A stretch of DNA of 64,000 bases, from the NCBI GenBank assembly GCA_964586355.1, contig CAZPGO010000030.1, positions 20,421 to 84,420 on the forward strand, given 5' to 3'. A model generated the notes under the pieces. That model saw only the letters and a program-made list of their open reading frames with translations. It did no database searches and was not told where the DNA came from. The translations under genes and the position numbers were made by a program. This DNA is from an uncultured archaeon. GTDB lineage: Archaea; Iainarchaeota; Iainarchaeia; Iainarchaeales; CSSED10-239. This document shows positions 47,696-57,845 of the stretch, in pieces. Each line of letters opens with the position of its first letter. Positions within the stretch are counted from its first letter, which is position 1.

Positions 47696-49333
47696 GTGAA
47701 AAGTTTAATAAAAAAACCAGTGATTATATTTTGGGCAATTTGTTTAATAATTGCAATATTTTTATTATCCACCAAAGGTTTACAATATGGGGTGGATTTT
47801 AGTGGAGGTACTGCTTTTTCAATTGTGTTAGAAGAGCCAGTACCTGCAGAAGATATTTCTAGAGTAACTTCTGTTATTTCTAGAAGACTTGATTGGGCAG
47901 GATTAAAGGATGCTAAAGTAAATGCTGCTGGTAATCAGTATATTACAGCACAGCTTGCTGAATCAGATCCAGAAAAAATTTCAAAATTAAGAACAAATCT
48001 TCTAAGACAGGGTAAATTTGAGGCCATATTAGATGGAGAAGTTCTTTTTGTAGGAGAAGAGATACGATCTATTCAAAAAGATCCAGCAAAAGGGTATGGA
48101 ACCTCTGTTGTTGATAATAGTGGTGCTGCAAGATGGGTTTTACCTTTCATGTTATCCCCAGAGGCAGCAAATAGATTTGCTGAAATGACCTTTCATAAAT
48201 GTAATCCTATAGGTTATGGTACTGAAATAGAGTATGATTGTGAAAAAACATATTTTTTTATTGATAGACCTATAGACTCTATAATTATAATAGATAATGA
48301 AACATATTTTGCAGAAAGAGAAGTACCTTCTGCTCCTGAGCTATTACAAAGTGATTTCCTAAAAATTGAAGAAATATTGGATCAAGTAAGAACAAAGTAT
48401 TATGTTGTTGATAGTAATCTTACTACTGAACAGTTAACAGAGATTACTGTTGATTTAAATGTTTATACTAAAGCCATAGTTTCTAGTAATGTTGCTAACT
48501 CCATAAAAGAGCAACTAAGAGATTTAGGTTATAAAATAACAATAAAAGAGAAAAGTAAGGAAACTGTTCCTTGGGTGTGGGAAGCAACAGGTCTAAAATC
48601 AGTAATCTCATTAACAGATAGTGTTACAAACATGGATGCTCCTACATTAGATTCTCCAAGATTTCAAAGATTTAATAATTTAACAATAACCGGTTCTGGA
48701 GAAACACAATCACAAGCAAAAGAAAGATTAGAAGAGATTGTAGTTATTCTAGAATCAGGTTCTCTACCAATTGCAATTGAAAGTATAAGTACTGAAACCA
48801 TTTCTCCATATCTTGGGGATTCTTTTTTAAAGAATTCTTTACTAATTGGTTTATTTGCTTTGCTTACAGTGGCTATTGTTTTGTTTTTTAGATATAAATT
48901 ACTTAGTTTAACAATACCAATATTAATTGCAGATCTTTCAGAGATAACCTTACTTTTAGCTGCATTATCTTTAATAAGTTATAGATTAGATCTAGCATCT
49001 GTTGCTGGTGTTCTTGCAATTATTGGTACTGCTGTTGATCATAAGATTATTATTACAGATGAGTTAATAAAAGGTAAAAAAGATGAAACAGATTCTAATG
49101 AAAGTCCAATAGTGAAGATCAAAAAAGCCTTTTTTGTAATCTTTGCATCTGCTGCGACCATTATGGCTACTATGCTTCCAATTATATTGTTTAGTACTGG
49201 TTTAAGTAAGCTAGTTGGTTTTGCAATAACTATTATCTTAGGATCATTAGTGGGTATTTTTATCTCTAGACCAGCATATGCAGAATTTGCTAAATATGCT
49301 GTAACTAAAGCTAAAAAAAAGAAAGCAAAATAG
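47696..49333 (+). CDS. secD: Protein-export membrane protein SecD (545 aa).
   Basis: It has a large extracytoplasmic domain between TM1 and the C-terminal 5-TM bundle. LIGLFALLTVAIVLFFRYK is typical of the SecD/F TM region. Confidence 0.65.
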   Translation: MKSLIKKPVIIFWAICLIIAIFLLSTKGLQYGVDFSGGTAFSIVLEEPVPAEDISRVTSVISRRLDWAGLKDAKVNAAGNQYITAQLAESDPEKISKLRTNLLRQGKFEAILDGEVLFVGEEIRSIQKDPAKGYGTSVVDNSGAARWVLPFMLSPEAANRFAEMTFHKCNPIGYGTEIEYDCEKTYFFIDRPIDSIIIIDNETYFAEREVPSAPELLQSDFLKIEEILDQVRTKYYVVDSNLTTEQLTEITVDLNVYTKAIVSSNVANSIKEQLRDLGYKITIKEKSKETVPWVWEATGLKSVISLTDSVTNMDAPTLDSPRFQRFNNLTITGSGETQSQAKERLEEIVVILESGSLPIAIESISTETISPYLGDSFLKNSLLIGLFALLTVAIVLFFRYKLLSLTIPILIADLSEITLLLAALSLISYRLDLASVAGVLAIIGTAVDHKIIITDELIKGKKDETDSNESPIVKIKKAFFVIFASAATIMATMLPIILFSTGLSKLVGFAITIILGSLVGIFISRPAYAEFAKYAVTKAKKKKAK

Positions 49334-49608
49334 TTTTTTAGTTCTTTTTTTATTTTCTATTTTTTTGTAACTAATATGTGTGGTGTTTTCTGGTTAACAA
49401 GAGGGCGATACTTAATCGTTTTTCTTTTTCTTTTACTCAGATCGCACCCTCTGTGAGCTTATTTTGCTGTTTTTTGTTTTGGTGGTATTAATTTTTATTG
49501 TGGTGGTGTATAATAGATATATATGACAGAAACCAATAGAACATAACCGTCCTACACTAATCTAACTAAATTTATTTATATTAGAATAAACCTAAAAATA
49601 TTTTTTTT

Positions 49609-50037
49609 CTAAACAGTTTTTTTAATAAGTAGCAATATAATAACAGCCATAAAAAACCAAGAGAAAATATGTGTTATTTCTGTAAGTAAAACACTGTTGC
49701 TTATTTTTTCTATAACTAAGATCAATATTAGTCTAATTATATTTATTAAAAATAAAGAAACTATGGATAAAAAAATAATGCTGTTTTTGGTTTTTATTTT
49801 AATTATTTTAAGTCCAATTATTACAGAAAAATAAACCGAAAGAGAGATTAAACCACTACAAAAAGGAACAAACACAAAATTCTGATAATTTAAATAGTTT
49901 CCAAACAATAGATGAATCAGATCTTTTTGTAATATAACTAGTTTTTGGCCTATTGGATTAAGTAAAATAATTAATAGAATATAAGAAATTATAAAACTAA
50001 CAATAAATCTGATTTTTAAGTATTTATTAAGATTCAT
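49609..50037 (-). CDS. Hypothetical membrane protein (142 aa).
   Basis: It has 4 hydrophobic helices and overlaps the DUF92 gene by 4 nt. Confidence 0.3.
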   Translation of the reverse strand: MNLNKYLKIRFIVSFIISYILLIILLNPIGQKLVILQKDLIHLLFGNYLNYQNFVFVPFCSGLISLSVYFSVIIGLKIIKIKTKNSIIFLSIVSLFLINIIRLILILVIEKISNSVLLTEITHIFSWFFMAVIILLLIKKTV

Positions 50038-50687
50038 ATTACTGCCAAAATTATAATAGCTATTATTCCAGAAATAGCTGTTGCTAAAAAATTGGTTTGT
50101 GCATTATCTATATATCCTTTATTTTCCCAAAGAGCTCCTATATAGCTATCAATAATGGTTCCTAGGATTCCTATTGTTGAAATAATTATTGCTATTTTTA
50201 TATTTATATCAAACAAATAATAAAAGTAAAAAAATGTTATTATACTTACTAAAAAAGCACCTAAAAAACCTAAAACAGTTATACCACCATTAACTCCTGT
50301 GTTTACTTTTTTAAAGTTTGTAATCAATCTTGGTTTTTTCTTTGATAATCTACCAATCTCTGAAGAAGCTGTATCACAAAAAGCTGCAGAGATGCTTGCA
50401 AGCCCTGCATAGATTTGCCCAAATGCTATTAATGCAGATCCAGCAAGGCAATTGCCTAGCAGATTAACATAAGATCTTTTCCCATGTTTTTTATTAAGTA
50501 TTGAAGTTATGCCTTCTGCAACTGTAAAGAAAAAGATAAGATATAGAAAAGAGGATAACCCACCAAATCCTAAAAAAACAGCTGATATGCCAAAAATCAA
50601 ACTAATGGTAAATAGATCATATTTTCTAGTTACCCAAAGAATAATTCCTAATAAATAAAAAATTGAAAGATAAAATAGAAATGACAT
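50034..50687 (-). CDS. DUF92 (TMEM19-like) integral membrane protein.
   Basis: AAFCDTASSEIGRLS...VNTGVNGGITVLGFLGA matches the DUF92 signature (A-DT-SEIG ... GTNGG-S-LG). Confidence 0.5.
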   Translation of the reverse strand: MSFLFYLSIFYLLGIILWVTRKYDLFTISLIFGISAVFLGFGGLSSFLYLIFFFTVAEGITSILNKKHGKRSYVNLLGNCLAGSALIAFGQIYAGLASISAAFCDTASSEIGRLSKKKPRLITNFKKVNTGVNGGITVLGFLGAFLVSIITFFYFYYLFDINIKIAIIISTIGILGTIIDSYIGALWENKGYIDNAQTNFLATAISGIIAIIILAVI

Positions 50688-50701
50688 ATTTGCCTATTTT
50701 T

Positions 50702-51274
50702 TTATTCCATTAATTTTGTTTTTGAAATTAAAACTTTGTTAACAAAACCTAATTTTTTCAAATTTGCTTTTGTTTTTTCAGCAATAACTGGAAAGATCAA
50801 ATCATGCCAACTTTCATAAACTGTTTTTGTGCTGATTTCTTCTTGTATGGTGTTTATTATTATTTTTCTTGCTTCTGTTCTTAATGGTGTTGAATATTTT
50901 CTGCCACTAATAAAGAGTGCTTTAATTTTTAGTTTATGTCCGTCTTTTGTTGTTGCATAGAACACTGGCTCTATTTTTGATCTTTGTTTTCTAATTAATC
51001 TTCTAAGATATCCTGCCTTTGCTTCAAAACAATAAAGAGCTGTATCTGCTTTTGTTGCTGTTACTTTTGTTATCCTAAAAGTTAATTCATAATATGAATC
51101 TCTTATATTTCCAGTTAGTTCATTTAAGGTTTTTTTAATTTTTCTATCTACTAGGTTTTTACTAGCAATAGCTACAGTTTCACCAATTAATTTTTCATCA
51201 AATGTTTTATCTGCAAAAATTTCAAACCATTTCTTTTTTTTCCAAGTATCTGTACTTCCTTTTTTATTTGCCAT
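50702..51274 (-). CDS. rps3ae: Ribosomal protein S3Ae (eS1).
   Basis: The N-terminal KKGSTDTWKKKKWFEIFADKTFDEKLIGETVA has the conserved KDKW-KKKW-EI-AP-F-IGET pattern. Confidence 0.85.
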   Translation of the reverse strand: MANKKGSTDTWKKKKWFEIFADKTFDEKLIGETVAIASKNLVDRKIKKTLNELTGNIRDSYYELTFRITKVTATKADTALYCFEAKAGYLRRLIRKQRSKIEPVFYATTKDGHKLKIKALFISGRKYSTPLRTEARKIIINTIQEEISTKTVYESWHDLIFPVIAEKTKANLKKLGFVNKVLISKTKLME

Positions 51275-51286
51275 TTTTTAACACCT

Positions 51287-51706
51287 TTACTTTACTAATA
51301 ATTTTGCCTCTGAATCAGAGTATCTCCAATTAGGGTCTATTTTTCCTTTTCTTATATAATATTTTCTAAGTCTATTTATTTTAGATACTGTTTTTTGTTT
51401 TCCTCTTTTAGCACTAGTATCTTTTTTATTATTTTCATTATGCTTTATTAGTTTTACTGCTTTTTTAATTAAAAAAACTAATTCATCAGGTAATTTTCCT
51501 TCTTTAAGGTTTTGTTCTTTTTGTATTTTTGAGATCTTTTTACCTGTTTTTTGTAAAACATTTTTAATTGCATATTCTTGTTTTAGATAAAGTCCAATTT
51601 CAGTTGTACTTTTACCTTTTTTTGTTAGTTCGTTTATTATTTGGTATATTTCTTCTGTTGACATATCTTTTACTTCTTTATTTACTTTTGCCATTTTTAT
51701 TATCAC
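51287..51706 (-). CDS. rps15: Ribosomal protein S15P/S13e (uS15).
   Basis: The N-terminal region is followed by EEIYQIINELTKKGKSTTEIGLYLKQEY and a C-terminal RLRKYYIRKGKIDPNWRYSDSEAKLLV, the typical uS15 archaeal layout. Confidence 0.7.
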   Translation of the reverse strand: MIIKMAKVNKEVKDMSTEEIYQIINELTKKGKSTTEIGLYLKQEYAIKNVLQKTGKKISKIQKEQNLKEGKLPDELVFLIKKAVKLIKHNENNKKDTSAKRGKQKTVSKINRLRKYYIRKGKIDPNWRYSDSEAKLLVK

Positions 51707-51839
51707 ATTTCTCTTTTTTTATTTGCGAAAGGCGTTTAAGTTGATAAAACCAAATTCTGGGGAATTTTTCTGGTTTTATAAAATAAGCACTATACTATAT
51801 ATTATTTTGGGGCGATTTATTTATAAATTGTGTTTATTT

Positions 51840-52415
51840 TTACAAATATCTTGCTCTTTTTTCAATAGCCTCAATTTTACTAATTATTTCTGGATTTTTT
51901 GCTTCTTTTTTATAACCTTCAATAATCTCTTCCCAATATTTTTTTGTTTTTTTGTTTGAAAGAAGAGTTTTTTTAAAAACAAGTAAGTCAGTTGCCTTGT
52001 CTTCTATTTTTTTAGAAATAAAACCTAATCCAAAGTCAATAAAATAGATCTTATTTTCTTTAATTATAATATTAATCAGATTAAGATCTCCATGTATAAC
52101 ATCAATAGCATGAAGCCTTGCAATTTCTTTTCCTATTTTTTTTAGATTTTTTTTATAGTTTTTTGTGTTTTTTAAATATTCTTGAATTATCTTATCTTTA
52201 GATACATAATACAGAGTTGGTGTGTTTATTTTTTCTTTTTTAACTTTATGTAATAAATTTGCTTCCTGTTTATTTCTGGTCTTTATTATTTTTTTATCTA
52301 GAACTGGGTTTCTATATTTTTTAGAAATTCTTTTTTTAATAATTATTTTTTTATCAAAAGCTTTGCCCAGATAGATTTCTGCTTCTGCACCGCTATTTAT
52401 TTTTTTAAGACTCAT
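51840..52415 (-). CDS. bud32: Bud32/PRPK-like atypical serine kinase (KEOPS complex subunit).
   Basis: It is a small kinase of 191 aa. It has a glycine loop-like INSGAEAEIYLG, a catalytic loop HGDLNLINI and a DFG motif (IDFGLG). Confidence 0.7.
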   Translation of the reverse strand: MSLKKINSGAEAEIYLGKAFDKKIIIKKRISKKYRNPVLDKKIIKTRNKQEANLLHKVKKEKINTPTLYYVSKDKIIQEYLKNTKNYKKNLKKIGKEIARLHAIDVIHGDLNLINIIIKENKIYFIDFGLGFISKKIEDKATDLLVFKKTLLSNKKTKKYWEEIIEGYKKEAKNPEIISKIEAIEKRARYL

Positions 52416-52441
52416 TTCCTATCAATTTTAAAAAAAACAGT

Positions 52442-52939
52442 TTAACATTTAGAAAGGGCGTGTAATCTTTCTAAAGTTGATTCTAATGATCTATTATCTA
52501 AACCAGTAATATATCTTTCCCAATATATCTTTTCTAATTTTTTTTTATTATAAAAAATAAACAGATCTTGATATGCTTCTCTTAATCCTATATAATATTC
52601 AAATTTTTCTAAAGTTTTTTCTGTAATACAAGGTGTTTCTAAGGAATAGATTTGAGTATACATTCTATCTAGTTTCTCAGCATCATCATAAAGTAAAACA
52701 TATTTTTTTATTAGATCTGCTTCTTTTGAGTTTATTTTATTTAGTTCTATTACATAACCGGTTCTATCATATGGTATTAAATTGTTAGTCGTTATCTCAA
52801 ATTCAATATTTGTTTTTTCAATTTGATTTAGAGTTATTTGTTCTGACAATTTAAAAAAACCAAATATCAATAAAGCAACAAAAATTAAAAAAACAACAAC
52901 ACCAAAAAAAGACAAAGGTCTTTTTCTATAACTCAACAT
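52442..52939 (-). CDS. Hypothetical protein with an N-terminal TM anchor (165 aa).
   Basis: It has one N-terminal hydrophobic helix. It overlaps the valS 3' end by 14 nt. Confidence 0.3.
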   Translation of the reverse strand: MLSYRKRPLSFFGVVVFLIFVALLIFGFFKLSEQITLNQIEKTNIEFEITTNNLIPYDRTGYVIELNKINSKEADLIKKYVLLYDDAEKLDRMYTQIYSLETPCITEKTLEKFEYYIGLREAYQDLFIFYNKKKLEKIYWERYITGLDNRSLESTLERLHALSKC

Positions 52940-55304
52940 CTATTGTTCCCTCTGATTCTTCCTTATATTCTATTTTTAATATATTGTGTGTCTTTATTAG
53001 GTCTTTTTCTATATATTTATATTTGTTTGTTATCTTTATAACACTTACTTTTTCTTTTAAAGAGTATCCTTTTTCTTTTTTTTCTTTCCAAATAGCATTA
53101 TTTATTTTTTCAATATCTTCTAAGGTTAGTTTACTAAAATATTTTTTAGTATCTGGAAATATTTCATCATCTAGATCTGTATCAAACATTTCTTTTGAGA
53201 TTCTGTTTGTTGTAAATGGTATTACAGGATAAAGCAAGTATAATATTTTGTTTAAGCAATAATAAAGTGTATCAATTGCACCCATTTGCTCTTCTTTAGT
53301 AAAATACTCCTCTTGATTATATGCTCTGCTTTTAATTAGTTCTAGATAGTGTGAGGAAAAAGTGTTTGTTAGGAAAAATTTAATCTTTAATAAAGGGTTA
53401 TGAAAATCATATTTTTTATAGGCTTGATCGCTTTCAATTATTAGATCGTTTATTTCTTTTCTAACAAATAGATCTAGTTCATTATATTTTGCAGTAATGT
53501 CTTTATCTAACTTAAATTGCCCAATAAATCTTGCAACATTCCAAAGTTTGTTAAGTGTTTTTTGTTCTGATTTTATTCTTTCTTTTGAGCACTTAAAATC
53601 TTTTTGATTAAGATTTCCTTCATAAGCTGTCCATAATCTAAAGGATTCTGCTCCAAATTCTTTAATAATTTCTTGAGGATCTATGCTATTTCCTGCAGAT
53701 TTTGACATTTTGTTTCCATTTTCATCAAGTATGTGTTGATGAATATAAACATCATCAAATATTTTTTTACCTGTTAATAAATATGCTTTTAAAACAGTAT
53801 AATATAGCCAAGTTCTAACAATCTCTTTTCCTTGAGGTCTTAGAGAACACACCGGATTTTTTTCAAAAAATTCTGTGCCATATTTGTGTATGTAAAGAGG
53901 TGTGTTTGAGGAATCAAACCAAGTATCTAAAACCCTTGTTTCTCCGATAAATTCTTTTCCTCCACATTTTGGGCAACTATCAATCGGTGGATTTTCGCAC
54001 CATGGTTTTTGATATACTCCTTCTTTTCCAAGAATTATCTCATTACAGTTTTTACAATACCATAATGGTATTTCTGTAGCATAATACCTTCTTCTAGAGA
54101 TTGGCCAATCAATGGAGACAACTTCTAACCAATCTAAAAATATTTTTTTTGTTGGAGCATATGAAAAATTAATTTGGTCTGCTAGTTCTTTTATTTTTTC
54201 AACATGCTCTAATTGCTTTAAATAAAATTCTTTTAAAGAAACAAATTCTATTTCGTCTTTAGATCTTTCACAAATAGGAACTTTATGTTGTATGGTTTTT
54301 TGTTCAGTAATTAGATTTTTTTCTTTTAAAATCTCAACCATCTTTTGTCTAGCTTCCTTAACTGTTAAGCCTTCTAAAATACCTGCATTTTTATTCATTT
54401 TTCCGGAAATATCTATGGACATTATTGGTTTAATATTTTGTTCCATAAAAAACCTTATATCTGAATAATCCCCTGCTGAGCACATCATAACTAATCCGGT
54501 TCCTTTTTCTAGCTTTGCTATAGGGTGTGCTTTTATTAAAACTTCTTTATTAAATATTGGAGAAATTGCGGTTTTTCCTTCAAGATGTTTATATCTTTCA
54601 TCGTCTGGGTTATATACTACCATTCCAAGACTACAGATAAGTTCTGGTCTAGTGGTTGCAATAGGTATCTGTTCTCCTGTTTCTTTTACTGTAAACAAAA
54701 CAGTATTAAATAAAGAGTCTGCTATTTTATAATCTATTTCTGAATCTGCTAATGTTGTTTTACATCCTGGACAATAGTTAGTTACTTTTTCATCTAGATA
54801 TATAAGGCCTTTTTTATAAAGATCTAAAAATGTTTTTTGAGTAAGAGCACGATATTTTTCTGAATCTGTTTTATATAATCCTCCAACACAAGCACATTCT
54901 TCCCATTCATTAAAAGAAATACCTAGCATTTTAAATGTTTTTCTTGTCTGATCTGACATTTCTGAGAGTAGTTTTTCACAATATTCTACATATGTTTTTC
55001 TATCTGTATTTAATATAGAAATTTTATATTTCTTTTCTGCTTCCATCTCTATTGGTAAGCCATTTCTATCAAGACCTAATGGAAATAAAACACTATACCC
55101 TTTCATTCTTTTATATCTTGCAATCATATCCATAATGGTATATGTTGCTGATTGTCCAATATGTATTGGTCTGTTTACATATGGTGGGGGTGTATCTATA
55201 CTAAAGACTGGTTTATTGCTATCTTTAAACTTAAATTTTTCTTTTTCTATATATTCTTCTATTAGTTCTTTTTCTAGTTCTTTAGTCCATTTATAGTCTA
55301 TCAT
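52926..55304 (-). CDS. valS: Valyl-tRNA synthetase (class I). The HIGH motif reads HIGQ.
   Basis: PPPYVNRPIHIGQSATYTIMDMIARYKRMKGYSVLFPLGLDRNGLPIE closely parallels archaeal ValRS (PPPTVSGKMHIGHAFSYT..DFIARYKRMRGYNV..P.G.D.NGLPTE). The KMSKS motif is present (KMSKSAGN). It is 792 aa. Confidence 0.7.
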   Translation of the reverse strand: MIDYKWTKELEKELIEEYIEKEKFKFKDSNKPVFSIDTPPPYVNRPIHIGQSATYTIMDMIARYKRMKGYSVLFPLGLDRNGLPIEMEAEKKYKISILNTDRKTYVEYCEKLLSEMSDQTRKTFKMLGISFNEWEECACVGGLYKTDSEKYRALTQKTFLDLYKKGLIYLDEKVTNYCPGCKTTLADSEIDYKIADSLFNTVLFTVKETGEQIPIATTRPELICSLGMVVYNPDDERYKHLEGKTAISPIFNKEVLIKAHPIAKLEKGTGLVMMCSAGDYSDIRFFMEQNIKPIMSIDISGKMNKNAGILEGLTVKEARQKMVEILKEKNLITEQKTIQHKVPICERSKDEIEFVSLKEFYLKQLEHVEKIKELADQINFSYAPTKKIFLDWLEVVSIDWPISRRRYYATEIPLWYCKNCNEIILGKEGVYQKPWCENPPIDSCPKCGGKEFIGETRVLDTWFDSSNTPLYIHKYGTEFFEKNPVCSLRPQGKEIVRTWLYYTVLKAYLLTGKKIFDDVYIHQHILDENGNKMSKSAGNSIDPQEIIKEFGAESFRLWTAYEGNLNQKDFKCSKERIKSEQKTLNKLWNVARFIGQFKLDKDITAKYNELDLFVRKEINDLIIESDQAYKKYDFHNPLLKIKFFLTNTFSSHYLELIKSRAYNQEEYFTKEEQMGAIDTLYYCLNKILYLLYPVIPFTTNRISKEMFDTDLDDEIFPDTKKYFSKLTLEDIEKINNAIWKEKKEKGYSLKEKVSVIKITNKYKYIEKDLIKTHNILKIEYKEESEGTIDVEL

Positions 55305-55392
55305 TTTTACTCACATTAAATATAATATATAATATTTTATTAGAAAATAATTAAAAACACTCTTTTATTTTAAAAAATAAAGAAAAAGAAGA

Positions 55393-56022
55393 CTATTTCT
55401 GTTTTTTAAGAAATTTCAAGATATATTTGTTAGCTAAAAGCTCTGTATTTATATTTTTTATTTTTTCATTTAAGGAATCATACATACTTTTTGCATTATC
55501 AGTTTTTAGTTTTTGTTTTTTTTTGCTATGTTCTCCAATATTTGCATCTTTGTATATTAATGATTTATTTACAGTGTCTACTAGTTTTTTTCTATAATCA
55601 TAATCTGTTAAAAAAGTATAAAATAATCTTTCATATCTTGGATCTAATAATGTATTATCACTTAACCTTGCATTTTTCACATCTAAATTATACTCTTTGT
55701 TAGTCATTTGTTTTAGCTTATGTTGCCAAAATTTTTTTTTAATAAATTTTGTATATTTTATTTTTTGATCATAATTTTTTGCAATAAATAGTTCTTTTTT
55801 CCAAAAGTTTTTTAGTTTGCTTATTTTCTCTTTATTCTCTTCTAGTTCTTTTATTTTTTCTGTGATGTCCTTACTTGTTGGATATCTTATTTTGTTATCC
55901 TCTATTACCAAAAATCTTTTTTTAAAAAAAAGATCTAAATGTTTTTTATCTTCTGTATTTTTATTAATATCAAACTCTTTAATAAAATCTTCAGAGTTAT
56001 TAATGGTTTTTGTGTTTTTCAT
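55393..56022 (-). CDS. Hypothetical K-rich protein (209 aa).
   Basis: ORF only. Confidence 0.3.
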   Translation of the reverse strand: MKNTKTINNSEDFIKEFDINKNTEDKKHLDLFFKKRFLVIEDNKIRYPTSKDITEKIKELEENKEKISKLKNFWKKELFIAKNYDQKIKYTKFIKKKFWQHKLKQMTNKEYNLDVKNARLSDNTLLDPRYERLFYTFLTDYDYRKKLVDTVNKSLIYKDANIGEHSKKKQKLKTDNAKSMYDSLNEKIKNINTELLANKYILKFLKKQK

Positions 56023-56155
56023 TTTAATGATCTGTTTTTCTAGTATATATTTATTTTTTTAATATATAAACAAATATTAAAAAGGTTTAAAAACAGAACA
56101 ATCTCTTTTTAATTGTTTTTTAGGTTAATTAATATATATTAATTTTAGAGAGGTT

Positions 56156-56506
56156 ATGATTATGATGCCAAATTTAGGAGGACTAGATCCTAGAAGAATA
56201 CAATCAATGATGAAACAGATGGGTATAGAAAATAATGAAATTTCTGCTAAAAGAGTAATTATTGAGACTACTGATAACAAAAAAATCATTGTAGAAAACC
56301 CATCAGTAACAGAAATAACAATGCAAGGTCAAAAAAGCTTTCAAATTGCTGGAGAGGTAAAAACAGAAGAAGAGTTACAGATCCCAAAAGAAGATATTTC
56401 TATGGTTTGTGAAGCCACAAAAGTTTCAGAGAAAGAAGCAAAAGAGCTTTTAGAAAAAACAGAAGGGGATATAGCAAAAGCTATATCTTTGGCAACAAAA
56501 GAATAA
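56156..56506 (+). CDS. nac: Nascent polypeptide-associated complex protein (NAC alpha) with a C-terminal UBA-like domain.
   Basis: The NAC domain is DPRRIQSMMKQMGIENNEISAKRVIIETTDNKKIIVENPSV. The C-terminal UBA-like region is ISMVCEATKVSEKEAKELLEKTEGDIAKAI. Confidence 0.75.
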   Translation: MIMMPNLGGLDPRRIQSMMKQMGIENNEISAKRVIIETTDNKKIIVENPSVTEITMQGQKSFQIAGEVKTEEELQIPKEDISMVCEATKVSEKEAKELLEKTEGDIAKAISLATKE

Positions 56507-56509
56507 ATT

Positions 56510-57763
56510 TTATTCTTTTTTTGTTAGATTTAAATAGAATATTTGATCTCTTGAAACATACCCTTGTAAAGTAAATATTTCTTTTGTTTTATTTAGATCT
56601 TCTGGATAATTTAACCAAGAGCTTGTTATATTTTGATCATATTGATATTTTTTTTCTTCCACTATTATTTCAGAAACATCAATTTTTGCTGATTTTTTTA
56701 TATTTAGATCTGTAATATTTAGATAATTTATTTTATTTATTAGATCCTCTTCTATTTTTTCAGCATCAAAAGAAATATTAATCTGTGTTTTTGGTTTTTG
56801 GATTATAGTTAAGTTTTGATCTTGTTCTTGTAACTCTTTTATTAATAAGTTATAAGACTCTAGATCTAAGGAGGTAGCATCTAGTGTTAATATCAATTCC
56901 TGATCACTTTTATTATAATCTAAAACCACTGATCCATTTTTATCTATAATTTCTTCTAAAGAAAAATTATTATCTTTAATTATTAGATCTCCTAAATAAT
57001 TTCTCTCTATATTAGTGTTGTTTTGATCAATAATTTCTTTAAGAGTGGATGTGTTGTTATCTATTTCTGTGATTCCAGATATTAAAAACTTATTTTCCCA
57101 CCCAATTATTTCAAATTCGCCTTCACTAAAAAGCATTTGTATACTTTCTGATAAGTTTTGTTGTTCTACACCTCTAATATAAGCCATACTTTCTCCTTGA
57201 AAGATTGCTTGTATCATTACAGATAATTGATCTCCTTTTTTGGTGGTGTTTTTTATAATACCTTCAATCTTTTCACTTACAAATGCTTGCTCTATTTCTT
57301 TATTTTGATCGTTTGTAAAGGTTATGGTGTAGGGCACTTTTAAAAGAGCAGATTGGTATATTTCTATTTCTTTTAAAACATCAATAGCTAAAATGTTTTT
57401 TTCAACATCCTCTTTTTTTTCTCCATCAATGTTTGCATTAATCATTACAAAAAAGTTGTTTTCATCTTCTTGTGTAAATTGTATTGTTGTATTTTTTATT
57501 CCTTCTATTTCATCAAATTTTTGTTGAATTATTTCTTGATCATAATCTAATGGTTTTGCAACTATGTTTAGTTGTGGAAATAGCTCTAGCACATTTGCAT
57601 CTGATTCTGCAGAATATAGCTCCTGCTTTTGTTCTTCTGGTATTTGATCTACTCCACCTTCTTCTTTTTCCCTTAATAATTCTACTAATCCTGTAGCTAG
57701 TATAGACCCTAAGAAAAGTACTACTAAAATAACTGATGCTATTGTTTTTTTATCCCATTTCAC
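56510..57763 (-). CDS. Exported acidic protein (417 aa) with an N-terminal signal/TM and at least 12 N-x-S/T sequons. It is probably a glycosylated surface protein.
   Basis: It has an N-terminal hydrophobic segment. It is E/Q/D-rich. It has many sequons (NTT, NLS, NTS, NFS, NGS, NKS, NLT, NIS, NIT, NKT). Confidence 0.35.
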   Translation of the reverse strand: MKWDKKTIASVILVVLFLGSILATGLVELLREKEEGGVDQIPEEQKQELYSAESDANVLELFPQLNIVAKPLDYDQEIIQQKFDEIEGIKNTTIQFTQEDENNFFVMINANIDGEKKEDVEKNILAIDVLKEIEIYQSALLKVPYTITFTNDQNKEIEQAFVSEKIEGIIKNTTKKGDQLSVMIQAIFQGESMAYIRGVEQQNLSESIQMLFSEGEFEIIGWENKFLISGITEIDNNTSTLKEIIDQNNTNIERNYLGDLIIKDNNFSLEEIIDKNGSVVLDYNKSDQELILTLDATSLDLESYNLLIKELQEQDQNLTIIQKPKTQINISFDAEKIEEDLINKINYLNITDLNIKKSAKIDVSEIIVEEKKYQYDQNITSSWLNYPEDLNKTKEIFTLQGYVSRDQIFYLNLTKKE

Positions 57764-57845
57764 AATTCGTTCACATTTATAATATTTTTTTAATATATAT
57801 TATATATTCAAAACAATTTATAAAATTGTTCTTAAAAGAAAAAAC

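Noticed and set aside
51723-51959. 78-aa plus-strand ORF between the rpS15 and bud32 genes.
   Set aside because: It mostly overlaps the bud32 3' end antisense. It is a hydrophobic poly-F/poly-L artefact.
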